Assembly (NCBI GenBank): GCA_963775465.1
Contig: CAVZIW010000001.1
Location: 160,001 to 224,000, forward strand
Reading direction: 5' to 3'
From: Candidatus Bathyarchaeota archaeon
Lineage (GTDB): Archaea; Thermoproteota; Bathyarchaeia; Bathyarchaeales; Bathycorpusculaceae
Length of the DNA stretch: 64,000 bases
Shown here one piece after another: positions 19,734 to 30,774 of the stretch. The translations under genes were made by a program, and so were the position numbers. Below the pieces are notes generated by a model. The model had not been told where the DNA came from and searched no databases. It saw only the letters and a list, made by a program, of their open reading frames with translations. Numbering within the stretch: position 1 is the stretch's first letter; every line of letters starts with the position of its first letter.

Positions 19734-21000
19734 AAATCTTTGAATATTTCGCCTTTCCACCTAATTCTTCTTCAATTCTGAGCAGCTGGTTATAGTTACA
19801 ATTCCTCTCACTTCTTGCTGGAGCGCCATATTTGAATTCCCCTGCATCTAAGCCGACAGCCAAATCCGCAAAGAAAGTTTCTTCCGTACTACCTGATCTA
19901 TGAGAAACAATAACGTTCCACCCTACTCCTCTGGCTAATCTAAAAGCATCTAGGCCTTCGGTTACGGTTCCTATCTGATTGAGCTTTAGTAGCAAAGCAT
20001 TACAAGCATCTAATTCAATTGCTTTTAGAATTCTCTCAACATTAGTAACCAGAAGATCATCTCCGACAAGCTGAACTCTTTTCCCAAGCTTGAATTTCAA
20101 CTTAATCCAGCCATCCCAGTCGTCTTCGCTCAAGCCATCTTCGATTGAAATTATCCTGAATTTTTCATACATCTCAGAATAAAATTCGGTTAATCCTTCA
20201 GAAGAGTATTCTTTTTCCATGATTTTATACCGCCCCTTGTCATAGAATTCTGATGCTGCAGCGTCTATCGCCAAACCGAATTCTTTGGAGTAGCCCAGTT
20301 CTTCTATGGCTTCGGACATGAATTTTAGCCTTTCATCAATGCTTTTCAAAGGCGGAACAAAGCCACCTTCATCGCCGACTAATATAGCTGAGTTTCCGAA
20401 TTTTTCTTTCAGGTTTTTCTTTAAAGTATGGTAAGTTTCCGAGCACATTCTTAAAGCATCAGAGAACCTCTTGGCTCCGAAAGGAATTATCATGTGTTCT
20501 TGAAAATCATTTTTTATGCCAGCGTGCATTCCACCGTTGATAACGTTCATCTGTGGGATGGGTAAAGTTACACCTTTTGAGTCAGCAAGCTTGGCAATGT
20601 ATTCATAAAGAGGCTGGTTCGATTCCAATGCGCCTGCTTTGCAGACTGCCATGCTGACTGCGAGAATAGCATTGGCTCCCAAGTTGGACTTGTTAGGAGT
20701 TCTATCCAACTCAATCATCAACTCATCAACCTCTTTCTGTTTTGTACAATCTTGCCCAACGATCTTCTTTGCTATGATATTGTTAACATTACTAACAGCT
20801 TTCAGAACTCCTTGTCCTAAATAACGCCTTCCGCCGTCCCTGAGCTCAAAAGCTTCGTGTTTGCCTGTGCTTGCACCGGAAGGAACTGAAGCCCTTGACA
20901 ACCCTCGGTTTGTGAATACATCTGTTTCCACGGTTGGGTTGCCCCTTGAATCAAGGATTTCCCTTGACCTTATTTTTATTATCTTGGAAATTGCTTCCAC
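19726..21000 (-). CDS. eno: Enolase
   Basis: DSRGNPTVE, PSGASTG, GDEGGF, SHRSG, YNQLLRIEE. Confidence 0.97.
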   Translation of the reverse strand: MEAISKIIKIRSREILDSRGNPTVETDVFTNRGLSRASVPSGASTGKHEAFELRDGGRRYLGQGVLKAVSNVNNIIAKKIVGQDCTKQKEVDELMIELDRTPNKSNLGANAILAVSMAVCKAGALESNQPLYEYIAKLADSKGVTLPIPQMNVINGGMHAGIKNDFQEHMIIPFGAKRFSDALRMCSETYHTLKKNLKEKFGNSAILVGDEGGFVPPLKSIDERLKFMSEAIEELGYSKEFGLAIDAAASEFYDKGRYKIMEKEYSSEGLTEFYSEMYEKFRIISIEDGLSEDDWDGWIKLKFKLGKRVQLVGDDLLVTNVERILKAIELDACNALLLKLNQIGTVTEGLDAFRLARGVGWNVIVSHRSGSTEETFFADLAVGLDAGEFKYGAPARSERNCNYNQLLRIEEELGGKAKYSKIFG

Positions 21001-21162
21001 TCCCTAAAGATTTATTTATTTTTGCTACTTTTATGTTTTTAACGGTTCTCATACTATGACTGGTCTAAGAGTATCTTATTTTTTTGTGAATAGGCGAAAA
21101 CAAAACAATTTCATTAAGTAACTCAAGAAGAAAATGGCAAAACTGATAAAGAGCGTAAATGC

Positions 21163-23640
21163 ATGAGTCAAAGTCTCTTGACCACCGAAGAGGCAAAGAA
21201 AGCCAATATTGATGAACTATTAGGCAAACTTTCAGCGGACAAAGGGGGTCTTTCTTCCTCAGAAGCTGAAAAAAGACTTGTGCAATATGGTTCTAATGAA
21301 ATTCAGGAGAAAAAAGTTAACCCTCTGAAAAAGTTTCTCGGTTATTTTTGGGGTCCTATTCCATGGATGATTGAAGCGGCAGTGATAATGTCTGCTGCTA
21401 TTGAAAGGTGGCCTGATTTTACAATAATTCTAACTCTTCTAATGGTAAATGCTGTAGTAGGATTTTGGCAGGAACATAAGGCTGGAAACGCAATAGAACT
21501 GCTAAAACAAAGGCTAGCCATAAAAACGCGAGTTCTACGTGATGGCAAATGGCAGGAGATGCCGGCTGGAAAACTTGTTCCTGGCGACATTGTTCGATTG
21601 CGTTTAGGAGAAATTGTTCCCGCCGATGTAAAACTGATTGATGGAGATTATCTCTTAGCTGACGAGTCAGCATTAACGGGCGAATCTTTACCTGTCGAGA
21701 AGTATTTGTCTGATGTTGGCTATGCAAGTTCGATAATTAAACAAGGTGAAATGGACGCCCTCGTAGTTAATACAGGCGCAAGAACCTTTTTTGGCAAAAC
21801 AACCAAGCTCGTTGAAGAAGCAAAAACCCAGAGTCACTTCCAAAAAGCCATCAGCAAAATAGGCGATTACCTGATATTCCTAGCGATAGGGCTTGTAATA
21901 GTAATCTTTTTGGTCTCGATTTTTCGTGGACAAAACATTCTAGAAATCATCCAGTTTGCATTAATTTTGACTGTAGCATCTATACCTGCAGCTCTTCCCG
22001 CGGTTCTGTCGGTCACTATGGCTATAGGCGCGATAGCTCTAGCCAAGAAAGAAGCAATAGTTAGCAAGTTGGTTGCAATTGAGGAAATGGCAAGCATGGA
22101 TGTTCTTTGTTCAGATAAAACAGGCACTATCACCAAAAACGCGCTCACTATGGGAGGAACCAAAACTTATGGCGAATTCTCAGAAAATGATGTACTGCTG
22201 TTTAGCGTGCTTGCTTCAAGAGAAGAAGACCAAGATCCCATCGATAAAGCAATTTTTGCCAAAACTAAAAGCGTGCCTTCTATTGCCTCTAAAATTGATC
22301 AAATCAAAGTGACTAAATTTAAGCCCTTTGATCCAGTCATAAAGAGAACGGAAGCAACAGCGCAAGGAGAAGATGGGAGCCAGTTTAAGGTAACTAAAGG
22401 AGCCCCTCAAGCAATTCTGGATTTGATCGAAGACAAAAAATCAATCAGTGACAAATTAACGGAGAATATTGATGAATTCGCTAAGAAAGGTTATCGTGCG
22501 TTGGGTGTGGCTCGAACTGATAAAGAGAATAAGTGGGAGTTTGCGGGTTTAATCGCTTTGTTTGATCCGCCAAGAGAAGACTCAGCCGAAACAATAAAGA
22601 CAGCTCAATCGATGGGCGTTAATGTAAAAATGGTCACTGGTGACCATATAGCTATTGCTAAAGAGATTTCAAACCGAGTAAATCTTGGAGACAATATTGT
22701 ATTGCCCGCTACTTTCTTGGATAAACATGAGAGCGAAGCTCAGCGCGTAGTTGAAGAGGCTGAAGGTTTTGCGGAAGTCTTCCCTGAACATAAGTACCGC
22801 ATTGTTGACCTTCTCCAAGGAAAAGGGCATGTTGTTGGCATGACAGGTGATGGAGTTAATGATGCTCCAGCTTTGAAGAAAGCTGACGCAGGTATTGCAG
22901 TTGAGGGCGCCACAGACGCTTCCAAGTCAGCAGCAGATATAGTTCTGACAAAGCCTGGTCTTTCAGTTATTATTGACGCGATTAAAGAGAGTCGCAAAAT
23001 TTTCCAAAGGATGACAAATTACGGAACTTATCGCATCGCTGAAACGATAAGAGTTTTGCTTTTTATGACTGCTTCAATCGTCGTTTTCCAGTTTTACCCC
23101 GTTACTGCTCTGATGCTCGTTTTATTGGCGCTCCTAAATGACCTGCCGATCATGACGATAGCTTATGACAATGTGAAGTACTCGGATAAACCTGAGCAAT
23201 GGGATATGCGTACTTTGTTGGGTATAGCGACGTTTATTGGGGTAATCGGGGTTTTCTCATCTTTTGGGATTCTCTATATAGGGTTGAATGTGTTGAAGTT
23301 AGACCCATTAGTGCTGCAATCTTTTATTTATCTCAAACTTTCAGTTGCAGGGCATCTGACTATTTTTGTTGCGAGGACTAAGGGTCACTTTTGGTCGGTG
23401 AAGCCTGCAAAGCCTCTTTTATTGGCAGTTATAGCTACTCAAATTGTTGCTACAATAATTACTGTGTACGGCATACTACTTCCTGCAATGGGTTGGGGTT
23501 TAGCCGCTCTTGTGTGGGGTTATGCTTTGTTGCTTTTTGTAATAACCGATTTCGCAAAAGTGCGTCTATACAAACTTCTAAACCACACAGGAGTTGCATT
23601 CCGAAGTGATGAGGCTCATTCCAAGGAATCAGTCAAATAG
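21163..23640 (+). CDS. Plasma-membrane-type proton-efflux P-type ATPase (P3A)
   Basis: FWGPIPWMIEAA, TGES, CSDKTGT, FDP, TGDGVNDAPALK, LLNDLPIMTIAYD. Confidence 0.92.
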   Translation: MSQSLLTTEEAKKANIDELLGKLSADKGGLSSSEAEKRLVQYGSNEIQEKKVNPLKKFLGYFWGPIPWMIEAAVIMSAAIERWPDFTIILTLLMVNAVVGFWQEHKAGNAIELLKQRLAIKTRVLRDGKWQEMPAGKLVPGDIVRLRLGEIVPADVKLIDGDYLLADESALTGESLPVEKYLSDVGYASSIIKQGEMDALVVNTGARTFFGKTTKLVEEAKTQSHFQKAISKIGDYLIFLAIGLVIVIFLVSIFRGQNILEIIQFALILTVASIPAALPAVLSVTMAIGAIALAKKEAIVSKLVAIEEMASMDVLCSDKTGTITKNALTMGGTKTYGEFSENDVLLFSVLASREEDQDPIDKAIFAKTKSVPSIASKIDQIKVTKFKPFDPVIKRTEATAQGEDGSQFKVTKGAPQAILDLIEDKKSISDKLTENIDEFAKKGYRALGVARTDKENKWEFAGLIALFDPPREDSAETIKTAQSMGVNVKMVTGDHIAIAKEISNRVNLGDNIVLPATFLDKHESEAQRVVEEAEGFAEVFPEHKYRIVDLLQGKGHVVGMTGDGVNDAPALKKADAGIAVEGATDASKSAADIVLTKPGLSVIIDAIKESRKIFQRMTNYGTYRIAETIRVLLFMTASIVVFQFYPVTALMLVLLALLNDLPIMTIAYDNVKYSDKPEQWDMRTLLGIATFIGVIGVFSSFGILYIGLNVLKLDPLVLQSFIYLKLSVAGHLTIFVARTKGHFWSVKPAKPLLLAVIATQIVATIITVYGILLPAMGWGLAALVWGYALLLFVITDFAKVRLYKLLNHTGVAFRSDEAHSKESVK

Positions 23641-23838
23641 TTGTTCGTTTCAACTCGGAAAAATCGCGTAGACTTTTGGAACAGAATCTTGAAACATCAA
23701 AAGTTGGCTGGATAGCGGTCATAGCTAAGCATCCAATTAAACAATCCTCATAAATGAGACGAGTTGAGATGCTATGAAAACCAAGAGGACGACGCGCACG
23801 CCTAGAACCTGCAAAGAACTGGTGAATTTGACTCTTTT

Positions 23839-24180
23839 TTATAGTCCCCAGCTTTGTGCCGCGGTTTGATGCGGCGGTTCTTTCTCATGTTTCTCTTTTT
23901 TCTCGATGACCTTAAGCCTGTTGATTTTTACAGTTGAGTCTTCAACGGAGACCCAATGAGTGTTGTTTAGGTTTCGATGGTAAATAAACTTGTTCACTCC
24001 ATGCTGCAGTTCCGGAAATGCTACCTTTTCTGAATCCACCATCAACTTGTCCTCAACTTGGGAAACTGGAACTTTGAGGTGTAATTGAAGAAAACTTGTT
24101 AGGTTTTCTTTCTCGTTTTGTAAATCGCCTAAGTCTACTTGGAGTTCACTTTGAGATTTATTTTTGTGTCCAAAAAGCAA
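23839..24180 (-). CDS. eL22-like ribosomal protein homolog
   Basis: LQVDL...LTSFLQLHLKV...KLMVDS...LQHGVNKFIYHRNLNNTHWV parallels eL22 (FLQERIKV...LKYLTKKYLKK.N.RDWLRV); start uncertain. Confidence 0.6.
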   Translation of the reverse strand: MLFGHKNKSQSELQVDLGDLQNEKENLTSFLQLHLKVPVSQVEDKLMVDSEKVAFPELQHGVNKFIYHRNLNNTHWVSVEDSTVKINRLKVIEKKEKHEKEPPHQTAAQSWGL

Positions 24181-24499
24181 AAGTACACGCCTATAAGGGT
24201 AAGCTATTATGATGGTAAAAAGTTTGAGTAGCGCCATGAAAAAACACTTGACTATTACCAATCCGCTGAATGCAAGTATTTCACGTCATAAGTCGTAAAC
24301 CCTTTGAAAAAACATCTACAATTTTAACCATAAAAACACTTCACTACTGTTATTTATCTCCTCGAATAATTTAAGCCTTAATGGACTTAGCGCTCTTACT
24401 AATAATCGATCTTCTCGTTTCCTATGAAGCTAACACACAACAAGTTTGTAGCATTCAGAGTTATGTCGATTGTAATGTTGGGGCAATTGCAGCTCATGA

Positions 24500-25222
24500 T
24501 CACGAGTGTAGTATCGGTATATCAGATTTTACTTCTACTAGCATAGACTCGGTGTATTCTGGTGACTGCTTGATGGTCTTGCGGGTAAGATTGACGAAGA
24601 CTTTTGACTCATCCCAACTAACGCGCTCGATCAATTTCGGCGAAACCAGTACCTCTTTTCCCGGCCACCAGTTCCGTGTATTTATTATTAGGTAACGAAT
24701 CGCCCACGTTTGGTCATCTACAATAAAATCTTCAACGTTACCAATCTCTCCGTCGGAGGCTTGGATATGATATCCACTCACGACGTTGGTACTGCGCAAA
24801 TGTGAATCCCACTTTTTCTCAGCCTCTTCGCGCGAAAAGGCATTACGGTCATGCACGATGTAGGGATAAGATCCCCATGGATATGGTCCCATCCAATACA
24901 GCGGCCAGCCATAATACATATGGTAGGTTTTCTCGTATTGTTGGGAGACGGGCTTGTCGCTTTTCAATGCTGGGCTGTCCTCGATCTGTTTTTTGGTTAA
25001 ATTGATGGCGATGTTTTGCTCTTCTTTATTCACTGCGAGCAGCGCATGCGGGGAAATCAGTACCTGCCTGTCCGAAAGCCAATTTCCTGAGTCGGCAACC
25101 AAATAGCGAATTGTCCAGTACGTGTCGTCGAAGTAGAATTCTTTGACCTTACCTATTTCCCCATCAAGGCTGTCCAATCTGTAACCTTTTAGTGTTTTGA
25201 TTTTGTTTAGCATAATGCGCAC
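24500..25222 (-). CDS. Tandem PRC-barrel domain protein
   Basis: Two repeats of GY.....DGEIG.V.DF..DD..W.IRYL....NW. Confidence 0.85.
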   Translation of the reverse strand: MRIMLNKIKTLKGYRLDSLDGEIGKVKEFYFDDTYWTIRYLVADSGNWLSDRQVLISPHALLAVNKEEQNIAINLTKKQIEDSPALKSDKPVSQQYEKTYHMYYGWPLYWMGPYPWGSYPYIVHDRNAFSREEAEKKWDSHLRSTNVVSGYHIQASDGEIGNVEDFIVDDQTWAIRYLIINTRNWWPGKEVLVSPKLIERVSWDESKVFVNLTRKTIKQSPEYTESMLVEVKSDIPILHS

Positions 25223-25344
25223 CTATTTGAAGTTTCTAATCTAGAAGTTGGTTCCAGTTTTCTTAAAGATATGTGGCTGTAGCGGGACAGCAACAAGTCA
25301 CCTTAGCTCCAAGACTCAGATTGTTAGCAACTTTTGACGCCCAA

Positions 25345-25674
25345 TTAGGGATTGAATTCCCCGTTGACGTCTTCTCCGGTGATGTCTTCGTTGTAGTTTT
25401 CGTCTTCATGAGCTTCTTCTTCATATTCTTCTTCTGCCTCCTCTTCACGGGCTCTTTCTCTGGCGCCTGCATCTCGTGCTTGGTCTTCAGTTTCGCCTTT
25501 TGGAGGAAAAGCATCGTCTAACCACAGTTTAAACTGCACTTTGCCTTCAGCATTAGAGAAAGCCCATTCACATAATTCACCGATTACGCGATTCAGGTCA
25601 ACTTGCTGATCGTTAGCTAACTGTTTTAAGTATTGTTACCACTTAGAAGGAATAGATCTCGCTAATCTGCTCAT
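25345..25674 (-). pseudogene. Small RHH-like protein with acidic tail, interrupted by TAA
   Basis: MSRLARSIPSKW*QYLKQLANDQQVDLNRVIGELCEWAF...EEEAEEEYEEE; in-frame TAA at 25636-25638. Confidence 0.5.
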
Positions 25675-25678
25675 TTTC

Positions 25679-26182
25679 TTACTCGTGTCCTTTTATTTCA
25701 TGATGCGTTGTTTCTCTGGGTCTTTCCATCTCTGAGTGGGTCTTGAAGGTTTTACCGCAGTCTGGACAAGGAATCTGGTTTGGCTCTGCACCCTTTATTG
25801 GTGTCTCTTGAGATGACGGCTTCCCCAACGTGTGGGGCTGATGATGATGCTCTTTGCCGCTCATGGTTTCTTTTGAGAGCTTTTCCACTAATTCAGCTCC
25901 CTCTGGGGTAAGCTCGTATTGACGGTATACGTTATGATTTGTCTCTTTGGTTTGTCCCTTCACTAAGTGGGCTCTTTCGAGCACTTCCAAATCTACCACA
26001 TCTTGGTGCAAATTACCCGGTTTTGTTCCTTCAGACGAAATTAGCATATCAAAAGGCTGAACTTTTGCTACTCTAAGCAGAAGAGATTTGTAGCGGTTTA
26101 TACCTTCTTCAAACGCTATTTCTTTACGTTCGTTATCTTCTACAGCTACCGTACTCAACAAACTCTTAAGTTCCAAGGACAT
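25679..26182 (-). CDS. Hypothetical protein, wHTH-like region plus degenerate C2H2 zinc finger
   Basis: LEVLERAHLV...YELTPEG; CPDCGKTFKTHSEMERPRETTH (first His position is Pro). Confidence 0.6.
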   Translation of the reverse strand: MSLELKSLLSTVAVEDNERKEIAFEEGINRYKSLLLRVAKVQPFDMLISSEGTKPGNLHQDVVDLEVLERAHLVKGQTKETNHNVYRQYELTPEGAELVEKLSKETMSGKEHHHQPHTLGKPSSQETPIKGAEPNQIPCPDCGKTFKTHSEMERPRETTHHEIKGHE

Positions 26183-26292
26183 ACAAACACCACTCCAAAA
26201 ACATTAATCAAAACAGAATCTATTGAAATCTTGTCTATCGCGTTATTTTAACTTACTGCTCAAGCTTGGAAGGGTTGCTCTAGCTCCACGCT

Positions 26293-27699
26293 TCATTTTT
26301 TCCCCATTTCACGCGGATGCTTTCCAGCTCGCCAGTGCTCTTCAATCTGTTCAAGAATCTTCCCTTTTGTTTCCGGCACCAACTTGTAGCAGAATATCCA
26401 AGCTAAAACACCCACTACCGCATATAACCAGAAAGTCCCAGATCTACCCAGAAGCTGAATCAAGGTGAGAAAAGTCAAAGCTATGATAAGATTTGATCCC
26501 CAGTTGGCTTCGCTGGCTATGCTCATTGCGAGACCGCGAACCTTCAGCGGATATATTTCTGAAATAAGAAGCCAGAAGACAGGCCCCAAACCAATCGCGA
26601 AAGACGCAACGTAAACCATTAATCCAACAGTAGCTAAGGACCCAATCAGACCCAGAAGACTCGACAAGTAAAACGAGATACCGAGCAAGACTAGACTTGA
26701 AACCATGCCGGCCAAGCCTATCAACAATAAGGGACGACGACCTACCCGATCAAGCAGAAGTATTGCGATAATTGTGAATACAACATTGACTATGCCTACC
26801 ATCAGAGTTGAGAAGATAGCGGCAGACGAAGAGACTATTCCAGCGAACTGAAAAATTTTTGGAGCATAATAAATGACCGTGTTTATTCCCGTTGCCTGTT
26901 GAAAAATAGCCAAGGCAACACCAATTATTAAGGCAGGCTTCACCAATGGATTCAAGAGTTCAGCACGCCCACCCTTCTGCTCTTTGAGACTCTTTTGAAT
27001 TTCCCCCAGCTCTTTCTCCACATCCTCGTTGCCTCTGATTCGCTTCAAGACCACGCGTGCCTTTTCAGGTTCTTTGCGATTCATTAGCCATCGGGGTGTG
27101 TCTGGTAAAGGAAGCATACCCAACGCCAGTATTACCGCAGGAATTGCAGCTAAACCCAGCATATACCGCCAACCTTGAATTGGAGCCAACGCGTAATCAA
27201 CAAGATAAGACACAACGATGCCGATTGTAATCGCTAGCTGATTCAAAGAAACCAATGAGCCCCGCACTTTTGCTGGAGAAACCTCGGAAACATAGAGCGG
27301 AGCAGTCATGGAAGCAATGCCAATCGCAAGACCCACAACAATCCTTCCCGCTATAAGCAACAAAACATTGGGCGTAAACGCGGCTCCAATTGCACCCAAG
27401 ATAAAAACTAAGGCAGCCACAAGAATCATTTTGCGCCGACCCACCAAATCTGCAAGATACCCAGCTACAGCTGCGCCTATTACAGCCCCTATCAAAACAG
27501 CGCTAACCACAATGCCAACTAAAAGGCTTGAAAGCGCATAATCTTTTTCAATAAACAGAATAGCCCCGGAAATAACGCCAGTGTCATAACCGAAAAGCAA
27601 TCCTCCTAAGGCAGAAATTATGGCGACCACATAAACAAATCTCCCATGAGTCTGTTTTGCATCAGGCGGCATTGCGCTCAAAATCTTATTCTCCATCAC
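26293..27699 (-). CDS. Sugar porter family MFS transporter
   Basis: GLLFGYDTGVISGA, GRR, QQATGINTVIYY, PETKG. Confidence 0.95.
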   Translation of the reverse strand: MMENKILSAMPPDAKQTHGRFVYVVAIISALGGLLFGYDTGVISGAILFIEKDYALSSLLVGIVVSAVLIGAVIGAAVAGYLADLVGRRKMILVAALVFILGAIGAAFTPNVLLLIAGRIVVGLAIGIASMTAPLYVSEVSPAKVRGSLVSLNQLAITIGIVVSYLVDYALAPIQGWRYMLGLAAIPAVILALGMLPLPDTPRWLMNRKEPEKARVVLKRIRGNEDVEKELGEIQKSLKEQKGGRAELLNPLVKPALIIGVALAIFQQATGINTVIYYAPKIFQFAGIVSSSAAIFSTLMVGIVNVVFTIIAILLLDRVGRRPLLLIGLAGMVSSLVLLGISFYLSSLLGLIGSLATVGLMVYVASFAIGLGPVFWLLISEIYPLKVRGLAMSIASEANWGSNLIIALTFLTLIQLLGRSGTFWLYAVVGVLAWIFCYKLVPETKGKILEQIEEHWRAGKHPREMGKK

Positions 27700-29558
27700 A
27701 TTTTTTGTTTGATATGGTTTTTTGCTTCTTGTAGATCAAGAACAGATAGGATAGAGAAAGCGTGAGACCACGCTAGCGGTATTGCAGAAACAGGCGCTCC
27801 GCTTTCTTTGTCAACTTGCTCAGAGAGTAATTCCAATTCGGTGGAGTGGTCAAATGCCCAGCGAATAAGCGGCTGTGCTTTGACCAATTCACCTGCTTTT
27901 TCGTAATATAGTGCTAACCATAGAGTTGTCAGAATCCATGGGTTGCCACCGTAGTACTGATCAAAGGTGTACCTACCCAATCCGCCTGACTTGAACGTGA
28001 AAGCAGACTCTATTGCTTTGGCGGTCTTTTTCATTCTTTCGTCGTTTGCAGGCAAAACATCAAACGGATAGGATAAGCTTAATAGGCTAACGTCAAGGTT
28101 TTCGTCTCTGGGAACAGCTGTCTTGATGAATCGATTCAAGTGCGCATCCCACGACAAGTTGAGCAGTGATTCCCTAAGGCTAATTGCGTTTTGATCCCAC
28201 TTACTGCCTAAATCGTCTTTTCCCATTACTTTGGCAAGAGTGGCGGCTGATTTTAGCCCTGCATAAACTGCTGCGTTAGAGTATGTGTGATTACCGAATT
28301 TCTCTTCCCAAAGACCAACTGTTTCAACTAGATCATCAGCTTGAGAAACCTGTGTAGCCAAGAAGTCTGCTCCTTTACTTACACTGTTCCACACTGAGCG
28401 AACAAATCGACGGTCACCTGTTAGTTCAAAGTGTTTTCCCATGCCCCATATGACAGTTGCGATTTCGTCTGTCTGAGAGCTCCAACAGGGACCTTTTAGG
28501 CGGTTCCCTATGTAATAGCGTTGGTATAGTCCCCCTTCGGGTTCTTGAGCTTTTGTGCACCATTGGTAGAAACTTTTTGCCTCTTCATGATAGCCGCATC
28601 TATCAAAGGTATAGGCGACGTAGGTGGCGTCTCTGGGCCAACAGAAACGGTACTCAGGACTCATGCATGGTGCGGCGATTGTACCGCCGTGACGTTCAGA
28701 CGTTAATAGTTTAAGCGTTAGCAAGGATCGTCTTGTCATGCGCGCTAATTGCTCATCTATATTATCCGTTTTGAAATTTGTAATCCATTTTTTCCAGAAT
28801 TCTTCTGTTCCGCTGATTTGCTTTTCTGGTGATTCGTTCTTGTATTTTCCAAGAGTTTCCAGCGCTTCTTTTTGTGTGGCTGCCATAGTGATTATGACTG
28901 CCACTGTTTTTGATTCGTTGACGTGCAAATTGGGGATATCCCAGCTTAAGCAAGAGTTAACGTCTCTTAAACCACTATACAATGTTAGGGAGCCACCTGA
29001 CAGTTTATAGTCATACACATCTCTAAACGAGTCTGAGTCTTCACCATGCACCCCGCACTGGTGACCCGAGGAAGGCAATGTCCCCGTGTATGCAAAGTGT
29101 AAATTGCGTTTGTAGTGAAGGATGGCATCATTGTTTTTTAAGTAGGTGGCGGCATCGTCAATTGGCGATTCCGATAGTGCTAGATCAGTGTAATAGAATA
29201 ATCTAAGAAAGACTTCGTTATCTCCATAATTTTGTATTACAAATTGCCTTATCAACGTGTCAGAATCAGGCAAGACTGCATCTGTTAGTGTTATGTTCAA
29301 GTCTGGATTTTGGTGCTTGAAAAAGGTGTGAACGATGTTGGTGTCGGGTAGGTATTCTTGTTTTTTCGTCCATGCTGGATCAGTGAGCCAATCAAAACGA
29401 TTTTCACCTTTAAAGGAGTAGAATATGCCTGGCAGAGAGCCTCGTACGTGTTGAGGGTAATCTATGGTGGGCCAGAACAAATATCGAAGCTCACCATGCT
29501 TACCAATTGTAGCTAGCATTCTATTATTGCCAAGTACGGCTTGTTCAGGTACATCCAT
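27696..29558 (-). CDS. GH15 glycoside hydrolase (glucoamylase/trehalase-like)
   Basis: YRFCWPRDA, QTDE, GLWEE, LLSEQVD, PLAWSHA; start at ATG 29558. Confidence 0.9.
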   Translation of the reverse strand: MDVPEQAVLGNNRMLATIGKHGELRYLFWPTIDYPQHVRGSLPGIFYSFKGENRFDWLTDPAWTKKQEYLPDTNIVHTFFKHQNPDLNITLTDAVLPDSDTLIRQFVIQNYGDNEVFLRLFYYTDLALSESPIDDAATYLKNNDAILHYKRNLHFAYTGTLPSSGHQCGVHGEDSDSFRDVYDYKLSGGSLTLYSGLRDVNSCLSWDIPNLHVNESKTVAVIITMAATQKEALETLGKYKNESPEKQISGTEEFWKKWITNFKTDNIDEQLARMTRRSLLTLKLLTSERHGGTIAAPCMSPEYRFCWPRDATYVAYTFDRCGYHEEAKSFYQWCTKAQEPEGGLYQRYYIGNRLKGPCWSSQTDEIATVIWGMGKHFELTGDRRFVRSVWNSVSKGADFLATQVSQADDLVETVGLWEEKFGNHTYSNAAVYAGLKSAATLAKVMGKDDLGSKWDQNAISLRESLLNLSWDAHLNRFIKTAVPRDENLDVSLLSLSYPFDVLPANDERMKKTAKAIESAFTFKSGGLGRYTFDQYYGGNPWILTTLWLALYYEKAGELVKAQPLIRWAFDHSTELELLSEQVDKESGAPVSAIPLAWSHAFSILSVLDLQEAKNHIKQKM

Positions 29559-29912
29559 ATGTGACGCACCTCTTTCTAAGATACCTAATTTGTTTCTGTA
29601 GCTTTTTTTTAAAAAAATGCAACATCCTGATTCAGAAATCAGTTTTCTATTACTTATTAATATGTGACTGTTAAACCACAACCACAAAGTTATCACTTGA
29701 CAAAAATATTCTAAAGATAGCTTTGCGAGCGTTTGTTCCTCTTGTAGGATATATCAATCCTAGACAGAACACACTTTCAAACGCGCATGTGAGCTTCTAA
29801 GTACGTTTTATGTTTTTTTAAAAGCTGCACTCTGGTTTTTGGGTTTCTTCGCTGTATTCGTCTTTCAAAAGGATATGTGACATACTTCTTGCGATAGTTG
29901 GAGGTTGTTTTT

Positions 29913-30320
29913 TTACTCAGATTTTGATTCAGTATATAAAGGAGCATCCTTTAGTGTTGAGAGTAGTTCCTGAGTCTGCAGTTCGGTTAGTGCACATTCT
30001 TTTGTGTCTTTCAAAAAAGGTATTTTGTCGGTTGCGTTTTTGAGTTCATGTAGTCTTTCCCATTCGACTTTGATGTTTTCGGAGAAGCTATGCTCATCCA
30101 CACTGCTGTACCATGTTCCTTTCTCCAAATCTTCAGGCCCTTGAACAGCGGTGAATGGACCGAGAAGAGTTTTTGTTTCATCATTGAGTAAAAAAATGAC
30201 CGTGTTCATTTCTAATTCTTTGTATACTTTAACTTGCTTGCCTGAACAACTAAAGTGTTTATTTCTCATACACTCAGTCATCGAAGCATTATTACACAGA
30301 AAAACATAGCCTATTTGCAT
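29913..30320 (-). CDS. DCD (development and cell death) domain-like protein
   Basis: GYVFLCNNASMTECM...F...VIFLLN.ETK.L.GPF.A resembles DCD G.IF.CN..T..EC....LF...LFL.N.....L.G.F.A. Confidence 0.65.
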   Translation of the reverse strand: MQIGYVFLCNNASMTECMRNKHFSCSGKQVKVYKELEMNTVIFLLNDETKTLLGPFTAVQGPEDLEKGTWYSSVDEHSFSENIKVEWERLHELKNATDKIPFLKDTKECALTELQTQELLSTLKDAPLYTESKSE

Positions 30321-30431
30321 GAATAACAAATACTGTTTTCTCCCCTAAAAACTCACCTGCCCAGTGAGTTGAATCAAATTGTGTCCCCATCCTTGCCCAC
30401 AAAACTTATGAAAATTATTTTAACCGTTTCT

Positions 30432-30770
30432 TCAATTTTGTCTTGCTAACGTCCCCATAGGATCCCAAGGTGGAAGAACAACAGGTTCAGTACAAAGAAC
30501 TCTCAAGAGCTTTGAAGAGAGGTATTCTTTTCTAACAGTTACTTCGAACACGTATTCGTCGAACCACTCGTCCATCATATACATGTAACCCTTATCCCCA
30601 ATCTTTGCTCCCCAACTGTTTTCAACCCGCCATTTTCTCGGGTTTCCTTTCTCATCAAGATCCACACCCGTCAGCACCATGGCATGTGTCATTTTGCTAT
30701 TTCTGTAATCCAATCTTCCCGCCTTATCTAACTTAAAATCTGTTCCATAAACGATGCCATAATCATATTG
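30432..30770 (-). pseudogene. pepC: C-terminal fragment of aminopeptidase C / bleomycin hydrolase (C1B)
   Basis: MTHAMVLTGVD, KWRVENSWG, LPPWDPMG; N-terminal part absent, frame begins at tRNA 3' end. Confidence 0.85.
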
Positions 30771-30774
30771 GGAG

